From NCBI GenBank assembly GCA_965221775.1, contig CBDCSU010000006.1:1088001-1152000 (forward strand): 64,000 nucleotides of DNA. The letters are read 5' to 3'. A program made the translations under genes and the position numbers. Positions 36,303 through 46,391 of the stretch are shown in pieces. Origin of the DNA: Candidatus Latescibacterota bacterium (lineage in GTDB: Bacteria > Latescibacterota > UBA2968 > UBA8231). Each line of letters begins with the position of its first letter. Position 1 is the stretch's first letter. A model generated the notes under the pieces. That model had not been told where the DNA came from, did no database searches, and saw only the letters and a list, made by a program, of their open reading frames with translations.

Positions 36303-37274
36303 TCACTCCCGCGGCACCACCACGAAGCCCACCGAATCGGCGGACGCCGAGCCGAAGAGCCCCAGCCCTCCCTCCACCGAGAACAGGGGCCGTTCGAAGT
36401 TGTCCCCCGCCAGTCCGCCGGCATTCCCCCCCTGCTGCTGCTGGTCGGCGTTGGTGCGGGCGTAGTCGAACCAGTTCTGGTCCAGGGCGTAGACCTTCAC
36501 GATGGAGCGCCCGGTGTAGTAGACGGCGAACCACGGCCAGCGCACGACCCCCTCGGTGACCGCCAGGGGCGGCGACTCGTTCCTGCTCGGGTCCTCGTCG
36601 TCATCGTAGAACTCGTCCAGGTCCTCGTTGACCTTCTCCGGGCTCTCGTCCAGGGAGAAGATCCCCGCCTGGTAGCCCGCCGCCTCCGCCGCCTCCAGGT
36701 GGATCTCGAGCACCCCCTCCAGGTAGAGGAGCTGGTTCTCTGGCGCCTCGAAGACCCCGTCGCCGGCCTCGGCAAAGGACTTGAGGGTGCGCATGACCTC
36801 GCCGGTCTCCCAGTCGATGAGCACCGCCTGCCGCACCCGCAGCCGGTCCGGCGTGGTCGTGCGCCCCCACAGGCGCCGCCCCTCCACCTCGACCTCGAGC
36901 TGATACTCGGTCCGGGGCTCGACCCGGGGCGGGTCCGGGGGCGGCAGGTAGCGGCCGGGTTCCTCCGCATCGGCGGCGTACTCGAAGACCCGGTCCCCCT
37001 GGAGGATGCGGACCCGGGCGTCGGCCACGCCCGTCGCTCCGCGGTCGTAGGCGATGTCGGCAGCCAGGCTGCGCCGCACGTACAGCTCGGGCAGGGGCTG
37101 GTCGACCAGCAGCAGGGCGTCGACCACCAGGTCGCTGTCCTCCTCCACCGAGCCGAAGAGACTCCCCGGCTGGCGGTCGGCGGAGCATGCCGCCAGGCAC
37201 AGCAGGAGCAGAAGGCAGAGCCCGGTGAGCGGAATCAACCCGCCGAGCCGTGACGCGAAGGATTGGGGGGTCAT
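36303..37274 (-). CDS. DUF4249-like lipoprotein
   Basis: Lipobox LAACS; C-terminal SVEGGLGLFGS; downstream of TonB receptor. Confidence 0.75.
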   Translation of the reverse strand: MTPQSFASRLGGLIPLTGLCLLLLLCLAACSADRQPGSLFGSVEEDSDLVVDALLLVDQPLPELYVRRSLAADIAYDRGATGVADARVRILQGDRVFEYAADAEEPGRYLPPPDPPRVEPRTEYQLEVEVEGRRLWGRTTTPDRLRVRQAVLIDWETGEVMRTLKSFAEAGDGVFEAPENQLLYLEGVLEIHLEAAEAAGYQAGIFSLDESPEKVNEDLDEFYDDDEDPSRNESPPLAVTEGVVRWPWFAVYYTGRSIVKVYALDQNWFDYARTNADQQQQGGNAGGLAGDNFERPLFSVEGGLGLFGSASADSVGFVVVPRE

Positions 37275-37287
37275 CGGTCGACCTGCC

Positions 37288-39579
37288 TTAGAAGACGAAG
37301 TTGAGGCCCAGCGTAGGCACGACGGGCAGCTGCTGGATCACCTCCGCCCGGGTCTCGGCTTCGTCCGTGGAGTACTGGATGAACCATTCGTTGCGCCGGC
37401 TGTAGAGGTTGAAGACCTGCAGGAAGATCTCGGATTCGAGGCCCCAGAGCGTCAGGTCGCGGGTGACGCTGGCGTCGAGGCGGTGGTAGGGCAGCAGGCG
37501 GGCGCTGTTGCGCCGCGACGGCAGCACGTAGTCCTGGACCACGCCGGTGGTCGGCTCGCGCAGCGAGTAGCGCACCGAGGCCGGGGTGAAGGCCTGGCCC
37601 GTGGCGTACACGAGGTTGGAGCCCAGGCGCCACCTCCCGACTTGGTAGGAGACGACGAAGGAGAGGTCGTGGCGGCGGTCGTACTTGGGGGGGAAGGCGC
37701 GCCCCTGGTTCAGCTCTGCGAAGGTGCGCCGCGTCCAGCCCAGGGTGTAGCCCACCCAGCCGGTGAGAGGGCCCGAACGCCGTTGCAGGAACAGCTCGAG
37801 GCCGCGGGCCCAGCCGGTGCCGCCGCTGACGAAGATCTCCTCGGAGTTGCCGGCTTCGCTGTCGGCGGCCACGGCGGTGTCGAGGACCACGAGGTTCGCC
37901 AGGTCCGTGTAGTATCCCTCCACCGTGAACTGCCAGGTCCGCGACGGGTTCCACTCGGCGCCGGCCACTCCCTGCCAGGAGCGCCCCGGCTCGACGCTGT
38001 CGTCCAGGGGCACCCAGCTGTCGCCGCCGGTGAAGCCCTCGGTGGTGATCAGCTGCAGGTACTGGCGGTACATCCCCCCGGCGAACTTGACGCGCACCTT
38101 CTCGGTGAGGGCCCGGCTGAGGGAGAGGCGCGGGGTGAAGTGCAGGCGGCTGCCTTCGCTGAACCAGGCGGCCCGCCCCCCGAGGCGCAGCCGCGTGACC
38201 GGGTCGGGCTCCCACTCGTCCTGCGCGTAGGCCGAGATCAGCACCGAGCCCTGGCGCAGGTCGTCCTGCTCCTCGCCGTTGAAGCTCTGGGCGAAGTGGA
38301 ACCTGTAGAGGGTGGCCAGGAAGCCGAGGGTGAGGGTGTGGTCCCGGTGGGCGAAGTAGTCGAGGTCGCCCTTGAGCGACAGGTCGCGGATGCTGTTGAC
38401 GACGGTGATGGGAGTGTTGAAGACGCTGAAGTCGAGGACGCTCCTGTAGTACGAGCCGGCCGCCATGAAGTGGCCGAAGAGATCGGGCGAGAACACCCGC
38501 GTCCAGCGCGCCGTCACGGCGCGGTTGCCCCAGCGCAGGTCGGCGAAGGACGCCTCCACCTCTTCCTGGTCCGTAGTCACCGTGTCGGCGCTGGACTCCC
38601 CTCCCTCTTCGTCACCGAAGAGGTCGATCCGCAGGTCGTCCTGGCCCATGTAGGTGCTCAGGGTGAAGGTGTCATCGCCGCGGCGCTGGTTGATCTTGCC
38701 GTTGAAGTCGTAGAAGTAGTAGCTGAGAGGGATGTCGACGTCGAAGGCGCGGACGGCGCCGAAGACGGGCTCCAGGTAGGTGCGGCGGCCGGCCGCCATC
38801 CACGAGCCGCCATCCACCGGCCCCTCGGCCAGCAGGCGGCTGGAGATGAGGCTGATGCCGCCGCGGCCGCTGAAGCGCTGCCGGTTGCCCTCGCGGTTGG
38901 CCACGTCGAGGACGGCCCCGAGGGTGCGCCCGTACTTCGCCGGGTAGGCCCCCTTGTAGAGCTGCACGTCCTTGATGGCGTCGGGGTTGAAGGTGGAGAA
39001 GAACCCGAAGAGGTGGGAGGGGTTGTAGAGAGGGATGTGGTCGAGGAGGATGGCCGTCTGGTCCGGACCGCCGCCGCGCACGTAGAGACCGCTGGTGAGG
39101 TCGGAGGCGGACTGGATGCCGGGCAGCAGCTGCAGGCTGCGCAGCAGGTCGGCCTCACCCATGGCCGGCATCTGCTGAAGGGGCTCCACCTGGAGCGCGA
39201 TGAAGCTGCTCTGGGTGGCCTGTTCCTCCTCCTCCTCGCGCTCGGCCTCGACGACGACCGCCTCCTCGCGGATCGGCTGCCAGGTCAGGGACCAGTCCCG
39301 GCGGATGTCGACCCCGGCCTCGAAGCGCAGCGTGTCCCGGAGGGTCTCGTATCCGATGTAGGAGGCGGTGACCACGTACTCGCCGTCCGGCACCTGCTTG
39401 ACGGCGTAGTAGCCGCTGCTGTTGCTGGTCGCCCCCATGCGGACCCCCTCCAGGACCACCGCCGCCAAGGGCAGGGCCTCGCCGTTGTCGGCGTCGGCCA
39501 CGAATCCGCTCAGGGTGCCCGCCCGGGCGGCGCCGGCGGCCAGCAGCCAGAGCGCGGGTATGCTTGCGATCGCTCTCAA
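37288..39579 (-). CDS. TonB-dependent receptor
   Basis: CarboxypepD-like N-terminus, plug LQLLPGI..VRGG..YNPSHLFG, YHRLD, FNLYSR, terminal F. Confidence 0.92.
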   Translation of the reverse strand: MRAIASIPALWLLAAGAARAGTLSGFVADADNGEALPLAAVVLEGVRMGATSNSSGYYAVKQVPDGEYVVTASYIGYETLRDTLRFEAGVDIRRDWSLTWQPIREEAVVVEAEREEEEEQATQSSFIALQVEPLQQMPAMGEADLLRSLQLLPGIQSASDLTSGLYVRGGGPDQTAILLDHIPLYNPSHLFGFFSTFNPDAIKDVQLYKGAYPAKYGRTLGAVLDVANREGNRQRFSGRGGISLISSRLLAEGPVDGGSWMAAGRRTYLEPVFGAVRAFDVDIPLSYYFYDFNGKINQRRGDDTFTLSTYMGQDDLRIDLFGDEEGGESSADTVTTDQEEVEASFADLRWGNRAVTARWTRVFSPDLFGHFMAAGSYYRSVLDFSVFNTPITVVNSIRDLSLKGDLDYFAHRDHTLTLGFLATLYRFHFAQSFNGEEQDDLRQGSVLISAYAQDEWEPDPVTRLRLGGRAAWFSEGSRLHFTPRLSLSRALTEKVRVKFAGGMYRQYLQLITTEGFTGGDSWVPLDDSVEPGRSWQGVAGAEWNPSRTWQFTVEGYYTDLANLVVLDTAVAADSEAGNSEEIFVSGGTGWARGLELFLQRRSGPLTGWVGYTLGWTRRTFAELNQGRAFPPKYDRRHDLSFVVSYQVGRWRLGSNLVYATGQAFTPASVRYSLREPTTGVVQDYVLPSRRNSARLLPYHRLDASVTRDLTLWGLESEIFLQVFNLYSRRNEWFIQYSTDEAETRAEVIQQLPVVPTLGLNFVF

Positions 39580-39639
39580 TCCATCTCCGGAAGCAGTGGC
39601 CCGGACAGGGCCAGGGGCGGTGGGTTCCTCCGCCGGGAC

Positions 39640-39960
39640 CTACTCGGAAGCCAGGGCTTCCTCGATCCAGGTGAAGCAGGCCACGGCCGCGGGCATGCCG
39701 ATGGTGCCGGCCGCCAGGGCCACCACCTGCTCCACCTCCTCCCGGGAGATGCCCATGTCCGCGGCCTTGCGGACCCCCGAGCGCACGGCGCCGGTGCGCA
39801 TGGCGCCCATGGCGATGCCGAGCTTGACCAGTCGGCAGGTGCGGGCGTCCAGGGGGCCCTCCTGGCCGGCCTCGCCGATCAGGTCCCAGGCCTTGCCCAG
39901 CTTGGGGTAGCGGCCGACGAAATCGCGGTAGGTCTTGGGAGGTCTGCTGGCGTTGGACAC
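39640..39960 (-). CDS. Carboxymuconolactone decarboxylase family protein
   Basis: GPLDARTCRLVKLGIAMG...GISREEVEQV...TIGMP. Confidence 0.85.
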   Translation of the reverse strand: MSNASRPPKTYRDFVGRYPKLGKAWDLIGEAGQEGPLDARTCRLVKLGIAMGAMRTGAVRSGVRKAADMGISREEVEQVVALAAGTIGMPAAVACFTWIEEALASE

Positions 39961-40056
39961 GGGATCATCCTCGTTCGGGGGGAACCCAACAAAGCACGGT
40001 CTCGGCTTGATTCCGGTCCAGGCCCGGAACCTCCCGGGCGGGCGGCCTTCGAGGCC

Positions 40057-41142
40057 CTACCGGGCGCCGATCTTCTCCAGGTACTCGACCTGCTTCCTGC
40101 GCTTCTGCTCGCGGCCCACGGCCAGCGCCGTGCGGCCGGCGCGGTCCCTGGCGTTCACCTCGACTCCGTAGTCGACGAGCATCTTCAGCATCTCTACGCG
40201 GCACCCGTAGCGCACGGCCGCGTGCAGGGCCGTCTCGCCGTCGGCGCTGCCGATGTCGTTGGGGTCGACCCCGTTCTCCAGGAACCAGCGCGCGCCGTGG
40301 AGGCTGCGGCCGTGCATGCAGCAGCCCAGGGGCGTGTAGCCGCCGTGATGCTCGGTCCCGCGCTGATCGTTGAGGTCGACGCCGCGCTCGACGAGCAGGT
40401 CGAGGACGTCCCAGGCCCGGTCCTGGGCGGCGTGGTTGAGGGTGTCGCCGTCCCGAATCTCCCCGCCGGCGTCGAGCAGGTAGCGGACCAGCTCCAGGTT
40501 CTTCGAGTGGATCGCCGGATCGACCCCGTCGTCGAGCGGCGCCCCTGCCTCGACCAGGGCCCGCGCCACGGCCACGTAGCTCCGCGGCCCGGCGCCGGAG
40601 CCTGCGGGCCGGGACTCGGCGCAGTAGCGCAGGGGCGTCCAGCCGTTGGCCTCGTCGGCGGCGGTGGCCAGGGCGGGGTCCTTCTTCAGCAGGGTCCCGA
40701 CCCGCCGCGTGTCGGCCATGACGCAGGCGTTGTAGATGTCGTTGGTGGTGCGCCCTTTCAGCAGCGGCACGAACTGGGCCTCGCCGCCGCGCACGGCCAG
40801 CGCCAGGGGCGTCAGCTGCCAGTGGGACCCGCGCCCGTCGGGGTCGGCGCCGTGCTCCAGCAGAAGCTCCGCCAGCTCCACGTGGCGGGGTCCGCGGGGC
40901 TCCGACTGCTTGTGCTCCACCGTGCGGTGCAGGGGCCGGTAGTGGTGGGCGGACTTCGACTTGATGTTCGGGTCGGCGCCGTGCTCCAGCAGCCAGGCCA
41001 CCACCTCCACCTGGGCCAGGTAGCAGGCGTCCATGATCGGCTGCCAGTCCCGCGCCAGGGGCGGGTCGGCCTCGACCATGGCCCTCACCTTCTTCAGGTC
41101 GCCGGCGGCGGCCGCCAGGGCCAGCTTTTTTGCGGGTCTCAT
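40057..41142 (-). CDS. Ankyrin repeat protein
   Basis: Repeated TPL/TALH...LLEHGADPN units. Confidence 0.9.
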   Translation of the reverse strand: MRPAKKLALAAAAGDLKKVRAMVEADPPLARDWQPIMDACYLAQVEVVAWLLEHGADPNIKSKSAHHYRPLHRTVEHKQSEPRGPRHVELAELLLEHGADPDGRGSHWQLTPLALAVRGGEAQFVPLLKGRTTNDIYNACVMADTRRVGTLLKKDPALATAADEANGWTPLRYCAESRPAGSGAGPRSYVAVARALVEAGAPLDDGVDPAIHSKNLELVRYLLDAGGEIRDGDTLNHAAQDRAWDVLDLLVERGVDLNDQRGTEHHGGYTPLGCCMHGRSLHGARWFLENGVDPNDIGSADGETALHAAVRYGCRVEMLKMLVDYGVEVNARDRAGRTALAVGREQKRRKQVEYLEKIGAR

Positions 41143-41378
41143 GTGTGCCGTTCCTCCATGCCTCCGTGAGCTTCAGCCACCGGGGCTCCTTCCCCCTCGC
41201 CGTCCAGGCCGGCGCCTAAGGTTGCCACCGACCCGCCGGCGTGCAACATTCCGGGCCCCATGACTCGCACCCTCGGCTGCCGGCCCACCACCCCGACCGG
41301 CCCCTGGACGGCCCGCCGCGGGGAGGTCGTTCTCCGCGGCGAGACCCCGCGGAATCCGTGCCGGCGGAGGTTTCTGCC

Positions 41379-42206
41379 GTGAGCGGCTGGCACCCCGTCG
41401 AGGCGGACGACGTCGAGGAGGCCCTGGGCGCCGGGCGGGATCCCCTGCGCCGCCTCGTGGAGGCCGACATCCCCGCCATCATCCTGCGGGGCGCCTATCC
41501 GGCGGCGGACTGCGCCGGCCTCGTGAGCCGCTTCATCGAGCGCGGCCTCATGCGGGACACGCGGCAGCCGGCGCCGCCCGACGCCCCGCTGCGCATCGAC
41601 ATCGGTACCAGCCTCGGCAACCTCGGCCAAGATCAGCCGGCCTTCTTCGCCCACGCCCGCGAGAGCCGCGAGCTGTTCACCACCCTCTTCGACGGCTTCC
41701 CCGATCCGGTGGACCGGCTCTACGGCGTCCTGCGGCGGCTGGCCGGCGACAAGCAGGTGGTCACCGCCCGCGAGCCGGACGGCCGCCTCTACGGTCCCGC
41801 CATCTTCCGCATCCACTACGACAGTCAGTTCTACGCCCCCCACATCGATCACGTGGTGCTGCGGGAGAAGCGCTTCAACTACGCCGTGAGCCGCTATCCG
41901 GTGCAGCTCGCCGGCGTGCTCTGCCTGCAGAACGCGGCCAGCTCCGCCACCACCCAGGCCATCCTGCACCACTGCCCGTGGTCGGAGGAGGTGCAGCCCC
42001 ACCTGGCGGCCAACACCTATCACGAGTACGCGCGGGGCCACGGCCTGGGGCACTGCCAGGTGGACCTGGAGCCGGGGGACCTCTACTTCTTCAACACCGG
42101 CCTCGTCCACGAGGTGCCCGCCGTCGTCGGCGACTCGCCCAGGATCGTGCTCGCCGTCTTCATCGGCTACGACCCCGGCCACCCGGAGGTCTTCGTCTGG
42201 TCGTGA
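41379..42206 (+). CDS. 2OG-Fe(II) oxygenase-like protein
   Basis: GGAGG RBS before GTG 41379; PHID, PGDLYFFN..VHEV, RIVL. Confidence 0.75.
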   Translation: MSGWHPVEADDVEEALGAGRDPLRRLVEADIPAIILRGAYPAADCAGLVSRFIERGLMRDTRQPAPPDAPLRIDIGTSLGNLGQDQPAFFAHARESRELFTTLFDGFPDPVDRLYGVLRRLAGDKQVVTAREPDGRLYGPAIFRIHYDSQFYAPHIDHVVLREKRFNYAVSRYPVQLAGVLCLQNAASSATTQAILHHCPWSEEVQPHLAANTYHEYARGHGLGHCQVDLEPGDLYFFNTGLVHEVPAVVGDSPRIVLAVFIGYDPGHPEVFVWS

Positions 42207-42289
42207 AGCCCTCTTGTCGCTCTCGCGGCCTCCCCCTATCTTCTTCCAACTCAACGAGTTTTCGAACCCTTCGAGGAGCCTCCCCCGTC

Positions 42290-42532
42290 ATGGTGAACTT
42301 CAGCGTCGAGCTCTCCGACGACGAGCCTTTCGAGCGCGCCCTGCGCCGCTTCACCTCCAAGACCAAGCGCACGGGCCTGATGCGCGACCTCAAGCGCAAG
42401 CGCTTCTACACGAAGCCGTCGGTGCAGAAGAAGCTCGACCTGCAGAAGAGCATCCGCCGCCGCAAGAAGGCGGAGCGCATCGCCCGGCTGGCCGAGATGG
42501 GTCTCGACCGCCGCGGCCGCAAGCGCCGCTAG
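42290..42532 (+). CDS. rpsU: 30S ribosomal protein bS21
   Basis: EPFERALRRF...RFYTKPSV; GAGGAG RBS. Confidence 0.92.
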   Translation: MVNFSVELSDDEPFERALRRFTSKTKRTGLMRDLKRKRFYTKPSVQKKLDLQKSIRRRKKAERIARLAEMGLDRRGRKRR

Positions 42533-42563
42533 GCCAGCACAGCTTTCGAAGGATCCCTCGGAT

Positions 42564-42600
42564 CGCGGTGCCGGAGTCTCTCCCGGCACCGCGGTTTTTC
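42564..42600 (+). terminator. Rho-independent terminator after rpsU
   Basis: CGCGGTGCCGG / CCGGCACCGCG stem followed by GTTTTT. Confidence 0.85.
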
Positions 42601-42620
42601 GTTCTGGGTCCGGGTGCCGC

Positions 42621-43802
42621 TCAGGGCCGGTGGAACTCGGCGGCCACTTCCTCCCCCGCCAGCAGCCATCGCCAGCCGCCGGCCAGGCGATTGCGCCCCG
42701 CCTCCTTCTCCGGGCCTTCCCGCACCAGCGAGCGGACCTCGCCCCGCGTCGCCACCAGCGCCGCGTCGATGCCCCGCGCCGAGGCGCGCTCCTTGACGCG
42801 CTCCGAAGCCGCCCGGGAGCGCATCTCCACTTCGCGGCCGTGGCGGATCCGGGGAGGCCCGGAAGGCCAGTCCCCCGGCTCCAGGTCGAGCCCGGCCCGC
42901 ACCGCCTGCAGGAGGGCCTCGCCGCGGGTGCGGAGGTGCCGCCGCAGGCTCCGGATCTCGCGCAGGTCCTCCATCTCCACCGGCTGACGCTGCGCCAGGA
43001 GCAGCAGCAGCTTGTCCGACGCCACCTGGCCCCGCGGCCGGTCGAGGTCCCGCGCCGCCTCCTCCCGCCAGGCCGCCAACTCGCGCAGCACCGCCAGTTG
43101 CCGGCGGTCGAGCTTGCCGTAGCCCTTGACCCGGCGGAAGGCCTCGCGCGGGTCCCGCTCCTCGTAGAGGGCCGAATCGTCGAGGCCGGCCATCTCCTCC
43201 TGCAGCCAGTCCTCGACGCCGGCGGCGCGAGCCCGGCGGAGAAGCTCCTCGCGGGCCTCCACGAGGTAGCGCACGTCGTCCTCGGCATAGCCGGTCTGCG
43301 TGGGGCTGAGGGGCCGGCGCAGCCAGTCGGTGCGCGTCTCCGTCTTCTCCAGCTCCACCCCGAAGAGCTCCCGGAGCAGGTCGCGCAGGGAGATGGTGTG
43401 GGCCAGGCCCGCGAAACCAGCGGCGATGCGGGTGTCGAAGATGGAGCGCGGCGAGGCGCCGGTGGCCATCCGCAGGACGGTCAGGTCCTGCAGCGCGTCG
43501 TGGAGGATCTTCACCGCGGGGCCGGAGAGCAGCTCGGCGAGAGGCTCGAGGCGTCCCTCGAGAGCGACGGCGTCCACGAGGTGGCAGGCATCGCGCGAGA
43601 AGCCGAGCTGGATGACGCCCAGGGCGGGGTAGAAGGTGCGCTCCCAGACCATCTCCACGTCGATGGCCGTGCGCCCGAGGGTGCGAGCCTCCCCGAGGCG
43701 CTCGGCCAGGCCCTGCTCGCTGTCGATCAAGAGTGGCTTCTCCTCCTGTTGGCCGGTTCCTCTTCGGAGCAAGAATAGCACCGATGGGTCAAGGAAAGCC
43801 AT
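42621..43802 (-). CDS. rnd: Ribonuclease D (DEDD exonuclease + HRDC)
   Basis: AIDVE, KILHDALQDL, FDTRIA, TDWLRRPLS, YAEDDV, WREEAARDLDRP; start uncertain. Confidence 0.88.
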   Translation of the reverse strand: MAFLDPSVLFLLRRGTGQQEEKPLLIDSEQGLAERLGEARTLGRTAIDVEMVWERTFYPALGVIQLGFSRDACHLVDAVALEGRLEPLAELLSGPAVKILHDALQDLTVLRMATGASPRSIFDTRIAAGFAGLAHTISLRDLLRELFGVELEKTETRTDWLRRPLSPTQTGYAEDDVRYLVEAREELLRRARAAGVEDWLQEEMAGLDDSALYEERDPREAFRRVKGYGKLDRRQLAVLRELAAWREEAARDLDRPRGQVASDKLLLLLAQRQPVEMEDLREIRSLRRHLRTRGEALLQAVRAGLDLEPGDWPSGPPRIRHGREVEMRSRAASERVKERASARGIDAALVATRGEVRSLVREGPEKEAGRNRLAGGWRWLLAGEEVAAEFHRP

Positions 43803-43820
43803 CCGCCCATCCGGCGCGGC

Positions 43821-43852
43821 ATCGGCGAGTCACTACATCGGCGAGTCACTAC
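43821..43852. repeat. Perfect 16-bp tandem duplication
   Basis: ATCGGCGAGTCACTAC at 43821-43836 and 43837-43852. Confidence 0.9.
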
Positions 43853-43869
43853 TTGTCTAGTTACGACTC

Positions 43870-43916
43870 GTCAAGTTCAGACTTGACAGGATGCCCGGGG
43901 GCCATACCTTCGCGGC
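43870..43916 (+). promoter_or_regulatory. Putative leaderless promoter with inverted repeat over -35
   Basis: GTCAAGT-tcag-ACTTGAC dyad; TTGACA 43883-88, TACCTT 43905-10, ATG 6 nt later. Confidence 0.55.
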
Positions 43917-45296
43917 ATGTTCATCGGCCGCCAGGCGGAGTTGCAGGTGCTGGAGAGGGCCTACCGGTCCAGGCGCACCGAGTTCATCCCCGTCTACGGG
44001 CGCCGCCGGGTGGGCAAGAGCGAGCTCATCCTTCATTTCATCCGCCACAAGCCGGCTCTCTACTTCCTCGGCAAGAAGGCGCCCCCCCAATTCCAGATTC
44101 GCGCCTTCATGGAGACGGCCGCCCGGGCCTTGGGGCAGCCTCTTCTCGCATCCGTGTCGGCCGCTGACTGGGGGACGGCCCTCGGCACCGTTCTCAGCCA
44201 GAAGAGCGGCACCGCCAAGCTCGTGCTGGCCTTCGACGAGTTTCAGTGGACGGCCGAGGCGAGTCCCGAGCTTCCATCGATCCTGCAGGAGCAGCTGGAC
44301 AGGTCGTGGAAGAAGCGGGGCGATGTCCTGCTGATCCTCTGCGGCTCCTACATCGGGTTCATGGAGAGGGACGTCCTCGGCGAGGAGAGTCCCCTCTTCG
44401 GGCGGCGCACGGCGCAGATTCTCCTCAAGCCCTTCCCGTTCCGCGAGGCGGCCCTGTTCCATCCCGGCTGGTCCGCGGCCGACCGGGCGCAGGCGTATTT
44501 CGTCTGCGGCGGCGTTCCCCTCTACCTGCGCTTCTTCTCGCCGGCCGACTCCATCCGCGCCAACATCGAGAACAACCTCCTGGGCGAGTTCGCGCCGCTG
44601 TACCGCGAGCCCGACTTCCTCCTGCGCGAGGAGCTCCGGGAAGTCGCGAACTACCACGCCATCCTCGTCGCCCTCTCTTCGGGGTCACGCGCCTCCGCCG
44701 CCATCGCCCGGCAGACCGGCCTCCCCGAGAGGAACCTGCACTACTATCTGCAGCAGTTGACCGAGCTCGGGTACGTCTCCCGCCGCTATCCGGTGACGGG
44801 GCGCCGGCCCGTGGCCAGGAACGTGCGCTTCGCCCTCGACGATCCGCTGCTCCGGTTCTGGTTCCGCTTCGTCTACCCGCACCTCGGATTCATCGCCCAG
44901 ATGGGACCCCGGCGTTCGTTCCAGGAGTTGATCAAGCCCGATCTCGAGAGCTACTTCGGCGCCTGCTTCGAGCGCCTCTGCCGCGAGGCCCTCCCTCTCC
45001 TCTACGAGCGGGAGGGCGTGGGCGCCGCGTACGAGATCGGCGAATACTGGGACAAGCAGACACAGATCGACATCGTCGGCCTGCGGCAGGACAACCGCAC
45101 CGACATCGGAGAGTGCAAGTGGGGGGCCGTGCGCTCCCCGCGAGCCCTGGCCGACGAGCTGCAGAAGAAGATCGACTCGTACCCCAACCAGCGCGGAGCG
45201 ACGATCCAGGGACGGCTGTTCACGCGCCGAAAGCTGAAGAGGCGCACCGCGCCCGCGCCGGTGAGCTTCCACGCCCTGGAAGAGCTCTATGCGTGA
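43917..45296 (+). CDS. Archaeal-type ATPase (ATPase_2) with wHTH and DUF234 PD-(D/E)XK-like domain
   Basis: MFIGRQAEL, YGRRRVGKS, FDEFQ, LCGS, GGVPLY, FWFRFVYP, QIDIV..GECKW. Confidence 0.9.
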   Translation: MFIGRQAELQVLERAYRSRRTEFIPVYGRRRVGKSELILHFIRHKPALYFLGKKAPPQFQIRAFMETAARALGQPLLASVSAADWGTALGTVLSQKSGTAKLVLAFDEFQWTAEASPELPSILQEQLDRSWKKRGDVLLILCGSYIGFMERDVLGEESPLFGRRTAQILLKPFPFREAALFHPGWSAADRAQAYFVCGGVPLYLRFFSPADSIRANIENNLLGEFAPLYREPDFLLREELREVANYHAILVALSSGSRASAAIARQTGLPERNLHYYLQQLTELGYVSRRYPVTGRRPVARNVRFALDDPLLRFWFRFVYPHLGFIAQMGPRRSFQELIKPDLESYFGACFERLCREALPLLYEREGVGAAYEIGEYWDKQTQIDIVGLRQDNRTDIGECKWGAVRSPRALADELQKKIDSYPNQRGATIQGRLFTRRKLKRRTAPAPVSFHALEELYA

Positions 45297-45334
45297 CCCG
45301 CGGCTCGAACCCTGAACCCCCGGAGAATTCCGCC

Positions 45335-46324
45335 ATGGAACCCCGACCCGACTGGCTCGCCCAGGTGCAGGAAGAGATCCTCGATCCGGAGCTGCCCATC
45401 GTCGACCCCCACCACCACTTCTGGGTGGAGAGCGGCTTCGGCCGCTACCTGCTCGACGACCTGTGGGCCGACACCGGCGCCGGGCACCGGGTGGAGCGCA
45501 CCGTCTTCCTGGAATGCCGCGCCGAGTACCTGCAGGAGGGGCCGCGGGCGCTGCGGCCCGTGGGCGAGACCCGCTTCGTCGCCGGCCTGGCCGCCGAGAC
45601 CGCCGCCGGCCCCGAGGGCGCGGCCCGGGTGGGGGCCATCGTCGGCCACGCCGACCTGCTGCGGGGCGCCGCCGCCGAGGAGGTCCTCCACGCCCACCTG
45701 GAGGCCAGCCCCCTCTTCCGGGGCATCCGCCACGCGGCCAGCTGGGACCGGGGGCTGAGCCGCTCCGAGCAGGGGGGCGGCCGCTACCTGGACCCCGCCT
45801 TCCGCGAGGGCTTCGCCAAACTCGGACCGCTCGGGTTGAGCTTCGACGCCTGGATCTACCACTCCCAGATCCCCGACCTGGAGGACTTGGCCCGCGCCTT
45901 CCCCGGCATCACCATCGTCCTCGACCATCTCGGCGGCCCCCTGGGGACCGGCCCCTACGAGGGCCGCCGCCAGGAGGTCTTCGAGGTCTGGCGCGGCCAC
46001 ATGGAGAGCCTGAGCCGCTGTCCCAACGTGAACGTCAAGGTCGGCGGCATCGCCATGCCGCTGAACGGCTTCGGCTGGCACGAGCGCGACCGGCCGCCGG
46101 GCTCGGAGGAGCTGGCCGAGGCCGACCGGCCCTGGTGCCTGCACGCCATCGACACCTTCGGCCCGGAGCGCTGCATGTTCGAGAGCAACTTCCCCGTGGA
46201 CAAGGTCTCGGTCTCCTACCCGGTGCTCTGGAACGCCTTCAAGCGCATCGCCGCCGGATTCTCCGCCGCCGACAAGGATGCCCTCTTCCGGGGGACCGCC
46301 TCGAGGGTCTACCGGCTCGATTAG
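45335..46324 (+). CDS. Amidohydrolase_2 family protein
   Basis: IVDPHHH, FRGIRH, VLDHLGGP, MFESNFPVDK. Confidence 0.9.
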   Translation: MEPRPDWLAQVQEEILDPELPIVDPHHHFWVESGFGRYLLDDLWADTGAGHRVERTVFLECRAEYLQEGPRALRPVGETRFVAGLAAETAAGPEGAARVGAIVGHADLLRGAAAEEVLHAHLEASPLFRGIRHAASWDRGLSRSEQGGGRYLDPAFREGFAKLGPLGLSFDAWIYHSQIPDLEDLARAFPGITIVLDHLGGPLGTGPYEGRRQEVFEVWRGHMESLSRCPNVNVKVGGIAMPLNGFGWHERDRPPGSEELAEADRPWCLHAIDTFGPERCMFESNFPVDKVSVSYPVLWNAFKRIAAGFSAADKDALFRGTASRVYRLD

Positions 46325-46391
46325 CGCCTGCGGGTGCGGGTTCGCCCTCGACGGAGGGCACCGAGGCCGGGCTGGCCGGCTCGCCCGGAGA

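Noticed and set aside
37054-41169. 1371-aa plus-strand ORF (also 26387-29137, 8306-10801 and similar long ORFs)
   Set aside because: Antisense shadows of recognisable genes in high-GC DNA
43821-43852. Possible CRISPR array
   Set aside because: Only two 16-bp units, no spacer, no cas genes; no CRISPR array seen anywhere in the window
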